DNA of 64,000 nucleotides. Source: an uncultured bacterium. GTDB lineage: Bacteria; Planctomycetota; UBA8108; UBA1146. How positions within the stretch are numbered: the first letter of the stretch is position 1; each line of letters opens with the position of its first letter. The stretch lies in NCBI GenBank assembly GCA_938075155.1, contig CALJGL010000001.1:20181-84180 (forward strand), read 5' to 3'. The notes under the pieces are model-generated. The model was not told the origin of the DNA. It worked only from the letters and a program-made list of their open reading frames with translations, and made no database searches. A program made the translations under genes and the position numbers. Positions 41,829 to 51,915 of this stretch are shown here, piece by piece.

Positions 41829-44800
41829 ATGAGACACCTACCAATTCTTGCAGCACTCTGCGTGCTACTCAGTGGAGGCGTAGTTCATGCTCAGGGAGCT
41901 GACGAATGCGCTAACGCACAATCCATCAATCTCGGAGCTCCGGGAACGGTCACTGTTGTCGTGGACAACACCGCCGCGACAAACAGTGCTGAACCATTGA
42001 GCGCTGGCGGTACGTGCCCAAACACAGCTATCGGAACCACCGAGGCTGATGTTTGGTACAGTTGGACCGCACCAAATACTGGCCTTTTGGATGTCAGTAC
42101 CTGCGTTAATCCAGGTCTTCTCGACACTGATATTTATCTTTACGATGCCAGTGGCGGTTGTGCTGCTCTGATCGAAGTCGGCTGTAATGGTGACGGCGTT
42201 GATGCTAACGGCGTAGCATGCGTGAATTTCGGTTCAAACATTGTAGGTGCACCTGTTTTTGCTGGCGTGACTTACTTTTTAAGAGTCGGTGGCTGGGATG
42301 CTGGATCTCTCGGAACGACCGACATGGATGTCACATTCACTCTGGGTACGGTCGCTCCAGATAACCTGACCTGTAACTATGACGCCTTGACAAACGAAGC
42401 CGCTCTCACTTGGGATAACCTAGATCAATACGACACTCTTGATTACTACCTCAATGGTACTCTTACAGGACAACTCGACGGCACTGCTGGAGCAGCTACC
42501 GGAATCGTGAGTGGTCTGGTACCCGGCTCCAACGAGATCTGCCTTGAAGGTACCATTGGCGGAATCGCCAGTACTCAAACATGCTGCATCGTCTACATTG
42601 CCGAGCCATGTCCTCCGACTGTTGCCGCAACCATGTCTCCGATTGCCACGGTCATTCCTCTTATTGGAACCGTCTCCTGTAATGCAGCCGGACTTCACGC
42701 CGACAACTCATACCTGCGTTCCTTTGATTTGGTCAATGGATACGGAGTCAGCGACGAGATTACAGTCGAATGCGTAACGACAGCTGTCGACGTTTCCACT
42801 CCAGGTGCTGCAGGTACTCAGCCTGTCCGAGTTCGCCTGATTGTTGACGTCAACGGTGGTGGTCCACAGAACTTCACCTATCTTGCGGGAACCAATGTCG
42901 GACAAACTCCGGATATTGGAAACAACTCCATGATCATGGTCTACGAAGAAGAGTTCCAGCTTCCTGCTATCCAGGGACTTGAAAACTTCAACTTCGTTCT
43001 CGGTACCGGTGTCGTTGACCCGGATGCCCTCGGCGCCAACAATCCGACACTTCAGTGCATGACCGCATACGGACCCAGTGCAACTCTCGCAGTTGAGATT
43101 TTCACTCCCGACGGACAAACTGACGGACACTCATACTTCATGGGTGCTTCTGACACTGCTGTCGAAAATGGAGTCAGTTACATTGTTTCATTGGCTTGCG
43201 GCCTGAACAGCCCCAGCCCTCTCTCCGGAATTGGTTTTCCCAACAACCGTTACATCATGGACGTCGGCTACTCCGTCGCAGTTGCAGGAACCTGTGGCAG
43301 TGCTGGTGGGGTTTCCAACCTTCAGTGTAACCAAACTGTCGGAGAACAGACCTGGAACCTGACATGGGACGACGCCGGTGGTGCCACCTCATGGATCGTT
43401 GAAGTCGACGGCAATGTGGAGGCCATCCTTCCGAGCACCGACTTGGCGTTCACGACTGGACCCCAGTTCGAGTACCAAGATGTTGACGTTTTGATCAGCT
43501 CCTGGACTGGACCTGGTGGAACCGGAACATTGATCAACTCTGCGGGTTGTACTCTTCAAACCGCCCCAGCCAACAACTGGCCAGAGGGTGCAAGCATCAC
43601 TGCTTCAGGTACTTTCCAGCAGGAGATTGCCACACCGTACACAACGACTATTGGTCAGCCGCTCGATATCGCTGTTTGTGACCCGGGAACTGGTGTCGTC
43701 CAGATCAACAACGACATCTTCTTGCGCTACACCGCTACCAACGACGGCGATGTTTTAGTCAGTACCTGTAACCCAAATACGGCCATCAACGGTGATGACA
43801 CCATGCTTGCCGTCTACACATATGACGCCGCTCTTCTCGATGATCCGAATCTCGCGATCGCCTGTAATGACGATGTCAATGTAGGTGCAAACCCGACTAA
43901 TAACCCCGCCTGTAACGTTTTCCTCGCTGAGGCGATCTTTGCAGCGACAACAGGAACCGAGTACCTCATTCGTCTCGGTACCTTCAACGCAGCAGGTACA
44001 GGAGCACTCGAGTACACGATTAATGATTGTGTCCCTGCGACCAACATCTCAGGAGCTTCAGAGTGCACCACGGGAGACGTGACCTTGAACTGGACACCGA
44101 ACCCGAACGCTGCGTCTCAGGAAATCCTGCGTGACGGCGTTTCTCTCGCAGTAATAGGCGCAACAGAAACCAGTTACATCGATTTGGGTGTGGCTGATGG
44201 CAACTACCTTTACGAGGTAGTGACCGATTGTGGTGGCGGCCCCAACCCCATTGGCGTCGCAATCTCTGTGCTGACCTACGCGGGTCAGACTGACCTTATC
44301 TTCGCGGTTGAGGGACTTCTGAACGCTGGAGACCCCGGACTGGTAGACAGTGGAGCACTTCTTGAAACCGCTCTTGCGGGTGCCGGAAGAACCGTCGGCT
44401 TGATCCGAGGTAGCTGGCTTGATTACCCCTGTGCCAGTGACGCAGGAGTTTCCAACGTCTGGATTCTGGCAGGAACCGTACCTAACGATTACCGCATCTC
44501 TGTCGCTGAGGGTGACGAACTCGCAATACTTGGAGAAGCCGGTAAGGGCGTTTACTTCGAAGGTGGAGATCACTTCGGATTCATTCACGCAGCCAGCCTG
44601 TTTGACTCTCGTGATGGCGTGGACGATGGTACATACGATACTGGTGACGGAGATGACACCTTCACCGCCATGGACGGAGCAGATTCCGGACAGGGTCTCG
44701 ATATGAGTGCCAATGCTGATGTGCCTTACACTCAGGATCAGGCTGACAACGACTGGACAGACCAGTTGACGGTGGCCAATGCTGATACAGGACTGTCTGG

Positions 44801-45281
44801 CGCTGGTTCACTCTGGCTCTCTGACGATGCCTTGGTCGATGCCGCGGGTGCTCCGATTCCTCCGTACATTACTGCTATTGCCGGTACTGCAAACGTGGGT
44901 GGAAACACCGTCGTTCAGTCCTGGGAAATCGGTGGATACGGTGGCGATCAAACGGCTCTCGCTCTTGCATACGCAGAGTTCATCGAGGGTGGTGGATCAA
45001 CCGGACCAATCTTTAAGCGTGGAGATGCAAACCAAGATGGTGGATTCAATATTGCTGACGAGGTCTTCCTATTGGCAGCCCTCTTCTCGGGTGGAACTCC
45101 CTGTGAATGCGACGACAGTTGTGACCAAAATGACGACGGTGGAGTAAATATTGCCGACGCGATCTATGGTCTTGCTGCGCTCTTCTCGGGTGGCCCCGCT
45201 CCTTCAGACCCTGGACCGAGTGTCTGCGGCGAGGATCCCACGGCTGACTCACTCACTTGTGACACCTACAACGGCTGTTAA
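41829..45281 (+). CDS. Giant secreted protein 3 (~1150 aa; the ORF track start is 41727): two Cys-rich beta-sandwich modules, the shared central module and a C-terminal double dockerin-like module
   Basis: The likely start is MRHLPILAALCVLLSGGVVHAQGADECANAQ..., which is a signal peptide. The central module (QTDLIFAVEGLL...GGDHFGF...[18 protein letters not shown]...QSWEIGGYGGDQT) is shared with proteins 1 and 4. The C-terminus reads [27 protein letters not shown]...[22 protein letters not shown]...LTCDTYNGC. Confidence 0.85.
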   Translation: MRHLPILAALCVLLSGGVVHAQGADECANAQSINLGAPGTVTVVVDNTAATNSAEPLSAGGTCPNTAIGTTEADVWYSWTAPNTGLLDVSTCVNPGLLDTDIYLYDASGGCAALIEVGCNGDGVDANGVACVNFGSNIVGAPVFAGVTYFLRVGGWDAGSLGTTDMDVTFTLGTVAPDNLTCNYDALTNEAALTWDNLDQYDTLDYYLNGTLTGQLDGTAGAATGIVSGLVPGSNEICLEGTIGGIASTQTCCIVYIAEPCPPTVAATMSPIATVIPLIGTVSCNAAGLHADNSYLRSFDLVNGYGVSDEITVECVTTAVDVSTPGAAGTQPVRVRLIVDVNGGGPQNFTYLAGTNVGQTPDIGNNSMIMVYEEEFQLPAIQGLENFNFVLGTGVVDPDALGANNPTLQCMTAYGPSATLAVEIFTPDGQTDGHSYFMGASDTAVENGVSYIVSLACGLNSPSPLSGIGFPNNRYIMDVGYSVAVAGTCGSAGGVSNLQCNQTVGEQTWNLTWDDAGGATSWIVEVDGNVEAILPSTDLAFTTGPQFEYQDVDVLISSWTGPGGTGTLINSAGCTLQTAPANNWPEGASITASGTFQQEIATPYTTTIGQPLDIAVCDPGTGVVQINNDIFLRYTATNDGDVLVSTCNPNTAINGDDTMLAVYTYDAALLDDPNLAIACNDDVNVGANPTNNPACNVFLAEAIFAATTGTEYLIRLGTFNAAGTGALEYTINDCVPATNISGASECTTGDVTLNWTPNPNAASQEILRDGVSLAVIGATETSYIDLGVADGNYLYEVVTDCGGGPNPIGVAISVLTYAGQTDLIFAVEGLLNAGDPGLVDSGALLETALAGAGRTVGLIRGSWLDYPCASDAGVSNVWILAGTVPNDYRISVAEGDELAILGEAGKGVYFEGGDHFGFIHAASLFDSRDGVDDGTYDTGDGDDTFTAMDGADSGQGLDMSANADVPYTQDQADNDWTDQLTVANADTGLSGAGSLWLSDDALVDAAGAPIPPYITAIAGTANVGGNTVVQSWEIGGYGGDQTALALAYAEFIEGGGSTGPIFKRGDANQDGGFNIADEVFLLAALFSGGTPCECDDSCDQNDDGGVNIADAIYGLAALFSGGPAPSDPGPSVCGEDPTADSLTCDTYNGC

Positions 45282-45319
45282 CAAGCAAGATAAGATAGGC
45301 TGTAAAGTCTTTCTTTACT

Positions 45320-45357
45320 GGGGTGGTGAGAGCATTGCTCTCACCACCCCTTTTTTT
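45320..45357 (+). terminator. Rho-independent terminator
   Basis: The hairpin GGGGTGGTGAGAGC-attg-CTCTCACCACCCC is followed by T7, 39 nt after the stop of protein 3. Confidence 0.7.
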
Positions 45358-45630
45358 GTGTCCAATAGAAGAGAAACAGTTCATAGGCTGTATTGCGGCC
45401 CAGTCCTTAGACCTTTACCATTGATACTGGCTTTGTTCTTACACCAAACCCTATTCTTGTCCACTGAGGAGGTGTTCCTCGGTTCTCAATCAGGGTGTGG
45501 TGACCGGATCAATACCACGGGTTTCGAAGTTCAATCACGTAATCCGGGTTGTTCATATTTTTGGATATTTCTCAGACACACTAAATAGTGTCAGGTGACT
45601 CTTGGAGTCGCTTTTTTCTTGGAGGTTAGA

Positions 45631-48600
45631 ATGCTGATGAGATGGATACTCACAGGACTGATTCTGGTGCTCATTAACTTTTCCGGAACTGCCGATGCTC
45701 AGGTAACGATCAATGAGATTCGTACTGATCAATCTGGCTCGGATACCGATGAGTATTTCGAATTAGCAGGTCCCCCTGCAACCAGCCTTGCTGCATTGAC
45801 GTACATCGTCATTGGCGATGGTTCCACCGCCAGCGGAACTATTGAAGCCGTGGTCAGTCTTGCCGCAGGGAACATCTCCTTTTCGGGTCTGTACGTAGTT
45901 GCAGAAGATACCTTTACTCTGGGCGTCGCAGATATGACTGCAAACCTCGGATTCGAAAATAGTGACAACGTGACTCATCTTTTGGTGGAAGGCTTCTCTG
46001 GCGCACTTGCCGATGACCTCGACACCGACGATGACGGAGTTCTGGATGCCACTCCATGGACTAACATTGTCGACTGCATCTCCCTCCTCGAATTTCCGAT
46101 CGACCCTCTGACAGGACAGCCCACTGAAGGAGAGCTCGTATATTGTTCAAATACTGTGGGTCCAGATGGAACCTTTGTTCCCGGACACTCAGGACGTTGC
46201 CCCGATGGAACGGGTGATTGGGAGATTCTCGACTTTGGTGATCTGGCCTCAGATACACCTGGAAACCCCAACACCTGTCCGGAAATTTGTGATAACTCCG
46301 TAGATGACGATGGAGACGGATTCATCGACTGCCTAGACGACGAATGCTCAGGAGATCCTGCATGTGCCCCCGCACCGCTCAATGACGACTGTGCCAGTGC
46401 CACCAATATCGGAGAAGGTTCCTTCCTTGTATCCACATTTGGTTCCACGACAGATGGCCCTACCAATTGTGGCGGCAGTACTCTGAATGATGTTTGGTAT
46501 CTCTATACGGCAACGTGCAGTGGACTCGTGACCTTGACCACTTGCGGAACGTCAACTTTTAATCCGCAAATGGCGATCTATTCGGGCTCCTCAACTTGTC
46601 CTCCAGATTTCGCAAACGTATTGGCTTGTGATTCCGGAAGCTGTGCAGGATCCGGAGACCCAGAGATTCTCTTCGATGCAATTTCTGGTGAAACATACTT
46701 AGTTCAAATCGGTGGATTCAATGGTGAAAGAGGTGAACTCACCTTAACCGTCAGTTGCCCACCCGACGATTGCCACCAAGCACCCAATCCAAATTTGGAA
46801 TTTCAGGGATTCATTGGAGTCTCTGGTTCGAGTGCACCCGCAGCTCCGATTGCATATGTCGGAGACCCAGCAACAAACTTCACCTTTGATTCAATAAACA
46901 TCGCTGGTGCAGGAACTATTGAAGATCTTGATGTTGGTGTAAATATCACTCACGGGTTCATTGGAAATCTTGATATCGATTTCGTATCGCCCGCCAATAC
47001 TCAGATCAGACTTTACCAAAATGAAAACAACTCTGACGATAACATGTCCTTGATCTTCGATGACGAGGGAGCAACATACGGGAGCGATACCACTTTCAGT
47101 GGCATCCGTATGCAACCTTATGCCTTGTCTCAAGGATCCGGATCATTGGCTGACTTCGACGGCGAGCCCGCTGCTGGTAACTGGACGATTCTTGTAGCAG
47201 ACGGATTTGCAAGTACTGCAGGAGGCACCCTCGATGACTGGTCCCTCTTCATTTCCCAGCCAGAAACCATCACCGGTACCCAAGACTTCGTGATCAACAT
47301 CGATCCCAACTCCCTTGAAGGAGTCGACGATCTGGATGTGGACATGAATCTTTCCCACCCGGACCTGACTCAGGTCGAAATCGATCTCCTGTCTCCCGGA
47401 GGAACCAGTATCCGACTTCATGACAATGGAGCAGGTACAGATCTAATCGGACGCTTTGACGACGCTACGGGTCTCAACGACGGTTACGGTTCATTGATCC
47501 CATCTGGCCCGGGAACACTGGCAGACTTCGATGGCGAAATCATCGGCGGCGACTGGACCCTGACAATTGCAGCGGGAACCTCGACCGGTACATTCTCTAA
47601 CTGGGCGCTACAGGTATGCCCTGCAAACTGCCCTGCTCCCAGTGACCTTGTCATTGAGAGTGACTGCGCAGGAGATGCCGTGAACTTGTCGTGGATCAAC
47701 AACACGGCCTACTCAAATATTTCGATTGAACGCGATGGAGCCATCGTCGCCACTCTTGCCGGCGCAGACACAACGTACTCTGACGTCTCACCTCCTGAAG
47801 GATTCCACGAATACGTAGTGAGAGGTTCTTGCACATCAGGTGCAGGAATCGCTTCAGGATTCGTCGATCACTTCTCGTATAATGGTGAAGATACATTGGT
47901 CTTTGCTCTCGAAGGGCTCTTGGACGACGGCGATACTGGATCGAATGATTCAGGTGCTGCTATTCAACAAAGCCTGATCGCCTCTGGCGTCAATTCGAAG
48001 CTGATCAGGAAACAGATTGACGAATTTGCATGCCTCGACCCCGCTCAGATTTCTCAGGTATGGGTTCTTTGTGGAACTTTCCCCACGAACTTCCGTCTCA
48101 ATAGCGCTGAAGCGGACCTATTGGCATCGCTTGCAGAAGCAGGAGCTTCGGTCTACTTCGAGAGTTCTGATCATTGGAGCTTCAACCACCCGATTTCGAC
48201 GTTCGATGATCGAGATGGTGTTGCAGAACCTTACGAGCAAGACGACAACGACTCTCTCGTCGGCTTAGATGGTGCAGATAGTGGTGTCGGACTGGATATG
48301 TCTGCAAACCAGAACGTGCCTTACTCGCAAGATAATCAATCCACGACCGGAAACCCCAATGACTTCACGAACATCCTCATTCCAGCCACAGCAGAACTCG
48401 CAGGAGGAACCGCAGGTTTGGCATGGAGATTCGACGACGCCATCGGTGTCACTTTTGGAGTCACGACCGCCTACATTCCGGGAACCGGTGGAAGAGTGAT
48501 CTGCTCCTCATTCGAATTGGGGGGATACGGTGGAAACCTCGATAGCGTCGTTTCCGCTTACCATGACTTCCTTGGAGATAGTGTCGTCACTCCTGGAACT

Positions 48601-48873
48601 GGATTCCAGAGAGGTGACTGCAACTCTGATGGTGGATTCAACATTGCGGACGCCATCTTCCTTCTCGGAAATCTGTTCTCTGGTGGCCCAGAAGGCACCT
48701 GTACTGACGCTTGCGATGCGAACGACGACGGCAGTGTCAACATTGCAGATGCCATCGCTGCCCTAGGAAGCCTGTTCAGTGGAGCGGGACCACTTCCTGA
48801 CCCGTTTGGCGATTGTGGAGAAGACCCCACTTCAGACAGCATCGAATGCGCTGAGTACAACAGCTGCCCCTGA
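45631..48873 (+). CDS. Giant secreted protein 4 (~1080 aa; the ORF track start is 45595): lamin-tail domain, one Cys-rich beta-sandwich module, two proprotein-convertase P-like domains, the shared central module and a C-terminal double dockerin-like module
   Basis: The RBS GGAGG precedes MLMRWILTGLILVLINFSGTADA. The region QVTINEIRTDQSGSDTDEYFELAG... is LTD-like. Two segments of the form ...GxLxDxDVxxNITHGFIGNLDIDFVSPANTQIRL...GNWTILVADGFASTAGGTLDDWSLFI are P-domain-like. The C-terminus reads [27 protein letters not shown]...NDDGSVNIADAIAALGSLFSG...IECAEYNSCP. Confidence 0.85.
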   Translation: MLMRWILTGLILVLINFSGTADAQVTINEIRTDQSGSDTDEYFELAGPPATSLAALTYIVIGDGSTASGTIEAVVSLAAGNISFSGLYVVAEDTFTLGVADMTANLGFENSDNVTHLLVEGFSGALADDLDTDDDGVLDATPWTNIVDCISLLEFPIDPLTGQPTEGELVYCSNTVGPDGTFVPGHSGRCPDGTGDWEILDFGDLASDTPGNPNTCPEICDNSVDDDGDGFIDCLDDECSGDPACAPAPLNDDCASATNIGEGSFLVSTFGSTTDGPTNCGGSTLNDVWYLYTATCSGLVTLTTCGTSTFNPQMAIYSGSSTCPPDFANVLACDSGSCAGSGDPEILFDAISGETYLVQIGGFNGERGELTLTVSCPPDDCHQAPNPNLEFQGFIGVSGSSAPAAPIAYVGDPATNFTFDSINIAGAGTIEDLDVGVNITHGFIGNLDIDFVSPANTQIRLYQNENNSDDNMSLIFDDEGATYGSDTTFSGIRMQPYALSQGSGSLADFDGEPAAGNWTILVADGFASTAGGTLDDWSLFISQPETITGTQDFVINIDPNSLEGVDDLDVDMNLSHPDLTQVEIDLLSPGGTSIRLHDNGAGTDLIGRFDDATGLNDGYGSLIPSGPGTLADFDGEIIGGDWTLTIAAGTSTGTFSNWALQVCPANCPAPSDLVIESDCAGDAVNLSWINNTAYSNISIERDGAIVATLAGADTTYSDVSPPEGFHEYVVRGSCTSGAGIASGFVDHFSYNGEDTLVFALEGLLDDGDTGSNDSGAAIQQSLIASGVNSKLIRKQIDEFACLDPAQISQVWVLCGTFPTNFRLNSAEADLLASLAEAGASVYFESSDHWSFNHPISTFDDRDGVAEPYEQDDNDSLVGLDGADSGVGLDMSANQNVPYSQDNQSTTGNPNDFTNILIPATAELAGGTAGLAWRFDDAIGVTFGVTTAYIPGTGGRVICSSFELGGYGGNLDSVVSAYHDFLGDSVVTPGTGFQRGDCNSDGGFNIADAIFLLGNLFSGGPEGTCTDACDANDDGSVNIADAIAALGSLFSGAGPLPDPFGDCGEDPTSDSIECAEYNSCP

Positions 48874-48895
48874 GCTCGATCGCTGACTTATTGAA

Positions 48896-48932
48896 AAGAG
48901 ACCGGAGAGAAATCTCTCCGGTCTCTTTTTTT
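48896..48932 (+). terminator. Rho-independent terminator
   Basis: The hairpin GAGACCGGAGAG-aaat-CTCTCCGGTCTC is followed by T9, 23 nt after the stop of protein 4. Confidence 0.7.
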
Positions 48933-49063
48933 TGTTCCATCCACTACTACCAGACACGCCTGTAATGGCCCCTCACTCGCTCAATCGATGCCCTATCAAG
49001 CCCAAAATTCCCCTCGTCCTGTGAAAGGAGGAACTCCACCCCTCATAGAGTTTTTTCGTTATC

Positions 49064-50704
49064 ATGCGATTTCCGTGTCACGTAAGTGGAGGATCGATGC
49101 AGCCGGAACCCCATAAATCGAATGAGCCACCCCAAGGTGCCACCGATGAGGTTCGACGTGCTGGTCCCATCGGAAAAGTACTGCTTCTATCAAGGCTCTT
49201 GGGACTGTTTCGAGATATGGCACTCACTGCGATGCTCGGTTCAACAGCGACTGCGGAAGCGCTGAGAGCTGCTTTGAGAATTCCTGTCATGCTCAGAGAC
49301 ATGATTTCAGAGGGAACCCTGTCAGCTTCCTTTTCTCCCGCTTATAGAGAACAGCAACAATCTCAAAATCCGGAAGCGGCTTTGTTGTTTTCCCGTGCAG
49401 CCCTGAGTAGCTTGCTCCTCTTGCTTGGTATCACCCTCACTCTCCTTGCGTGGAATGCCGAAGCAGTGATGACCTTGATTTTCCCGGGACTGGTACTGCA
49501 CGAAGAAGCCGTAGATAATTTCAGAAGGCTGCTGCCCTATTTGGCACTTGTACCGTTGATGGCCGTTCTCAAGGGCACTCTTCATTGCCACAGGAAGGAC
49601 GCTTCCGCTCTCTTCCCTCAAGCCCTTCAGAATGCCGCCCTAATCCTCGCCGGACTATTTTTGATATGGACACAAGCAGGGGAACCCGAACGCGCTCAGG
49701 GGTGGACTATGGCATTCCTAGCTGGGGCTGGCGTCAGTTTGCTTTGGCTTATCATTCAGCTCCTAAAAGTATCCCGGTTCCCATGGCCCACCTTCAACTG
49801 GAAGGTTCCGGGGCAACGTCGCTTTCTCCTCGATTTCGGGACTCTACTCGTGAGTCAAATCTTGCTCCAAGCATATTCTCTGCTCGCATTCCACCTGGCC
49901 TCCGAACTGCCTACGGGAAGCATTACTTGGCTCGAGACTGCCTTCAGATTCCATTTCTTCCCGGTCGCTCTCGTCGGTGTCAGTCTCGGCATCGTAGCAG
50001 GAGACGAATCAGCAGATCTAGCCAGCCGTGGAGAGCACCAACGTCTTGCCCAAATGTTGACACGGAATCAACGCCTGGCGGCTTTTCTAGGTTTCCTTGC
50101 AGGCGCCGGACTTCTCGCTACATCCAACTCCATCATCGACACCCTATTTGTTCGGGGTGAGTTCAGTCCCGAAGACGGCCTTAACACTGCAAACATTCTT
50201 TGGTGGTACTGCTTCGCTGTACCTTTTGCTTGCATGAATATTGGCCTTCAAAGAACGGCCATAGCCATTGGGCTAAGGAAAAAGGTCATGCTGATTTCAT
50301 TGGTCGGTCTTGGACTACAGCTAGGAATACTCTTTAGTCAGATTCTTCCCATGGATACAGGAACGATCGCTCTCGCTTATGTGGCTTCAACAATACTCAG
50401 TTGGATCTTCCTGAAGTGGACCCTGCACAAGAATTTGGAATTGCCCCGACCTCGAATAGTTGCCGGTTTGAAACTATTGATTCTCGGTATTATGGTCCAG
50501 CAAGCCGCTTCTTATTCCATCCATTATCTCGACGAGTACTTACCGCAGTTCCTAGGGAGAGACCTTTCCATACTGGGATTCTCTATCGTGACAGGAATTT
50601 TTCTCGCTTTGGTTGTGGGGCAACGACTTCGAATGAAAGAAGCCCATGACATGTGGATTGTCATCAAATCCTGGACGGTAAAACGATCCGATCAAGCCCG
50701 CTGA
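49064..50704 (+). CDS. murJ: Lipid II flippase MurJ/MviN
   Basis: The translation ...GKVLLLSRLLGLFRDMALTAMLG...ALRIPVMLRDMISEGTLSASFSPAY is the MurJ N-terminal signature, and the product is polytopic. The true start may be the internal Met at 49097. Confidence 0.85.
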   Translation: MRFPCHVSGGSMQPEPHKSNEPPQGATDEVRRAGPIGKVLLLSRLLGLFRDMALTAMLGSTATAEALRAALRIPVMLRDMISEGTLSASFSPAYREQQQSQNPEAALLFSRAALSSLLLLLGITLTLLAWNAEAVMTLIFPGLVLHEEAVDNFRRLLPYLALVPLMAVLKGTLHCHRKDASALFPQALQNAALILAGLFLIWTQAGEPERAQGWTMAFLAGAGVSLLWLIIQLLKVSRFPWPTFNWKVPGQRRFLLDFGTLLVSQILLQAYSLLAFHLASELPTGSITWLETAFRFHFFPVALVGVSLGIVAGDESADLASRGEHQRLAQMLTRNQRLAAFLGFLAGAGLLATSNSIIDTLFVRGEFSPEDGLNTANILWWYCFAVPFACMNIGLQRTAIAIGLRKKVMLISLVGLGLQLGILFSQILPMDTGTIALAYVASTILSWIFLKWTLHKNLELPRPRIVAGLKLLILGIMVQQAASYSIHYLDEYLPQFLGRDLSILGFSIVTGIFLALVVGQRLRMKEAHDMWIVIKSWTVKRSDQAR

Positions 50705-50721
50705 TGTCTTTGAGATATAGG

Positions 50722-51915
50722 CTACTGGTTCGGCCATACGGGGAGTTCCGGAATTGAATCTGCAGGCAATGCCTTCTTCAGAATCAATTCCTCCTTACCC
50801 GGTAAATCTCTCAATATTCCTGCGATTCTTTTCCCAGCATGACCATCACCGTAAGCATGTGTCATCCCCACTAACTTATCCCTGAAGAGTGGGTCACAGA
50901 CTTCTTCCAATCCTTGACGGATCTCTGACTTCTCAGCGGCAACATCGATGATACATCGACTTCGCTCTCTTCCCTGCTGACGGCGTCCGACATTCAAGCA
51001 CGGTAAAGCAATAGCAGGAGCTTCCATGATGCCACTGGAGGAGTTGCCCACGATGGCCTTCGCCTCCAGAAGAAGCCCCCAGTAAATCGCGTGGGGAAGG
51101 TTGACTCGGATTTGTGCGTCGTCTCTTTTTTCACAATACTCTGAAGCTCGCTCTCGAATATCGCGACTGCCGGCATCCGCATTCGGAAAACAGAACACAA
51201 CCGGATCTGTCACATTCTCCAGAGCTTCGAAAAAAGGATCTGTCTCTGTACGGACATCCGAATCTAATGTTGTAGGATGCCACGCCACGACCACTGGAGG
51301 GCGACTCGAGTCTAACTCCAGCATTGATCTGAGTTCTTCAGGGTCTGGAAGATTCCCACTCGCGAGATGGTCAATACTTGGCGCACCCACTCGGTGCACT
51401 CTCCAAGGCTCTTCGCCTGCCAACAGTAATCTCTTCTTGGCAGTTTCTGTAGGGACGAAATGGACATGTGACATCGCTGTTAAAGCTTGCCGAACTGCAT
51501 GATCAATAGCTCCCTCTGAAACTTCTCCACCCTCGATATGAGCCATGGGAATTCCATGTGCCAAAGCTACCGACGCAGGAGCTAACATTTCATATCTGTC
51601 TGCTATCAGTAAAAGAATATCAGGCGGATGATCCTGCAGAAGGTCAGAGAGCGACAGCGTTGCCAAGCCGATTGTTTTCGACATTCCCTGAGCCGTATCA
51701 CTACTGAGAAGGCATTCGATTTTATGAGAAACTTCAAATCCGTCGGCCAAAATCTCATCCACCGTGAATCCGAATTCTGGTGAAAGATGCGCTCCCATTA
51801 CAACGAGTGAAAGATCGAAGGCAGGATCATCTCGCAGAAATTGAAGAGGAGAGGAAAGATGTCCCCAATCAGCACGACTGGTCGTCAGTGCCATCACTTT
51901 TTTGGGGAGAATCAC
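50722..51915 (-). CDS. wecB: UDP-N-acetylglucosamine 2-epimerase
   Basis: The product has ...TSRADWGHLSSPL...LVVMGAHLSPEFG...DRYEMLAPASVALAHGIPMAHIEGGEVS...HFVPTE, the WecB/NeuC epimerase signature. Confidence 0.85.
   Translation of the reverse strand: MILPKKVMALTTSRADWGHLSSPLQFLRDDPAFDLSLVVMGAHLSPEFGFTVDEILADGFEVSHKIECLLSSDTAQGMSKTIGLATLSLSDLLQDHPPDILLLIADRYEMLAPASVALAHGIPMAHIEGGEVSEGAIDHAVRQALTAMSHVHFVPTETAKKRLLLAGEEPWRVHRVGAPSIDHLASGNLPDPEELRSMLELDSSRPPVVVAWHPTTLDSDVRTETDPFFEALENVTDPVVFCFPNADAGSRDIRERASEYCEKRDDAQIRVNLPHAIYWGLLLEAKAIVGNSSSGIMEAPAIALPCLNVGRRQQGRERSRCIIDVAAEKSEIRQGLEEVCDPLFRDKLVGMTHAYGDGHAGKRIAGILRDLPGKEELILKKALPADSIPELPVWPNQ

Noticed and set aside
49585-50160. 191-aa + strand ORF overlapping murJ
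   Set aside because: It is an alternative frame of the polytopic MurJ gene with Arg/Ser-rich nonsense composition.
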